Shown here in pieces: positions 63,978-64,000 of a stretch of 64,000 nucleotides of DNA. Every line of letters starts with the position of its first letter. The first letter of the stretch is position 1. The notes beneath the pieces were generated by a model. That model was not told the origin of the DNA. It searched no databases and was given only the letters and a program-made list of their open reading frames with translations. This DNA is from Podarcis melisellensis (Eukaryota), in NCBI GenBank assembly GCA_964234715.1, contig OZ174278.1. The stretch is one strand, 5' to 3'. The translations under genes were made by a program, and so were the position numbers.

Positions 63978-64000
63978 GTAAGGAGGGCACTGGACCCACC

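Larger units (their letters stand above)
45530..64000. promoter_or_regulatory. Extended CpG-retaining domain / CpG-island cluster upstream of SHOX
   Basis: By eye CpG is sparse before ~45.5 kb and frequent afterwards. The densest patches are near 49.1-49.5, 51.9-52.9, 57.0, 58.9-59.1, 60.2-61.1 and 62.8-64 kb. Confidence 0.75.

Noticed and set aside
63373-63981. 202-aa + strand ORF with poly-Q and poly-R
   Set aside because: It has no ATG start and is an off-frame reading of the GC-rich SHOX leader and exon.
62867-63999. Minus-strand poly-P, poly-A and poly-G ORFs
   Set aside because: These are antisense shadows of the SHOX exon and of trinucleotide repeats.

Overview
This is vertebrate genomic DNA from a squamate, most likely a lacertid lizard, judged from Sauria/Squam SINEs including a (CTT)-tailed Squam3B-like copy. 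About 63 kb is gene-free regulatory desert upstream of the homeobox gene SHOX. The first coding exon of SHOX (63629-63977, + strand) lies at the right edge and carries an expanded poly-Gly tract. The desert holds many hAT, Tc1/mariner-type and PIF/Harbinger-type MITEs, SINEs, L1/L2/CR1 3' fragments, three well-delimited solo LTRs (one nested in another) and one partial LTR. It also holds several AT-rich, homeodomain-motif-dense blocks that resemble conserved enhancers, and an ~18.5-kb CpG-retaining domain running into the SHOX promoter. There is one 133-nt assembly gap. Almost all entries in the ORF track are chance ORFs. I found no evidence of a novel multi-gene system. The best leads are a hAT MITE carrying TTAGGG repeats, a stop-free in-frame leader with near-cognate starts upstream of the SHOX ATG, the poly-Gly expansion, a palindromic MITE repeatedly used as an insertion target, and the candidate enhancers. 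Repeat family names and human comparisons come from recall, not from searches.
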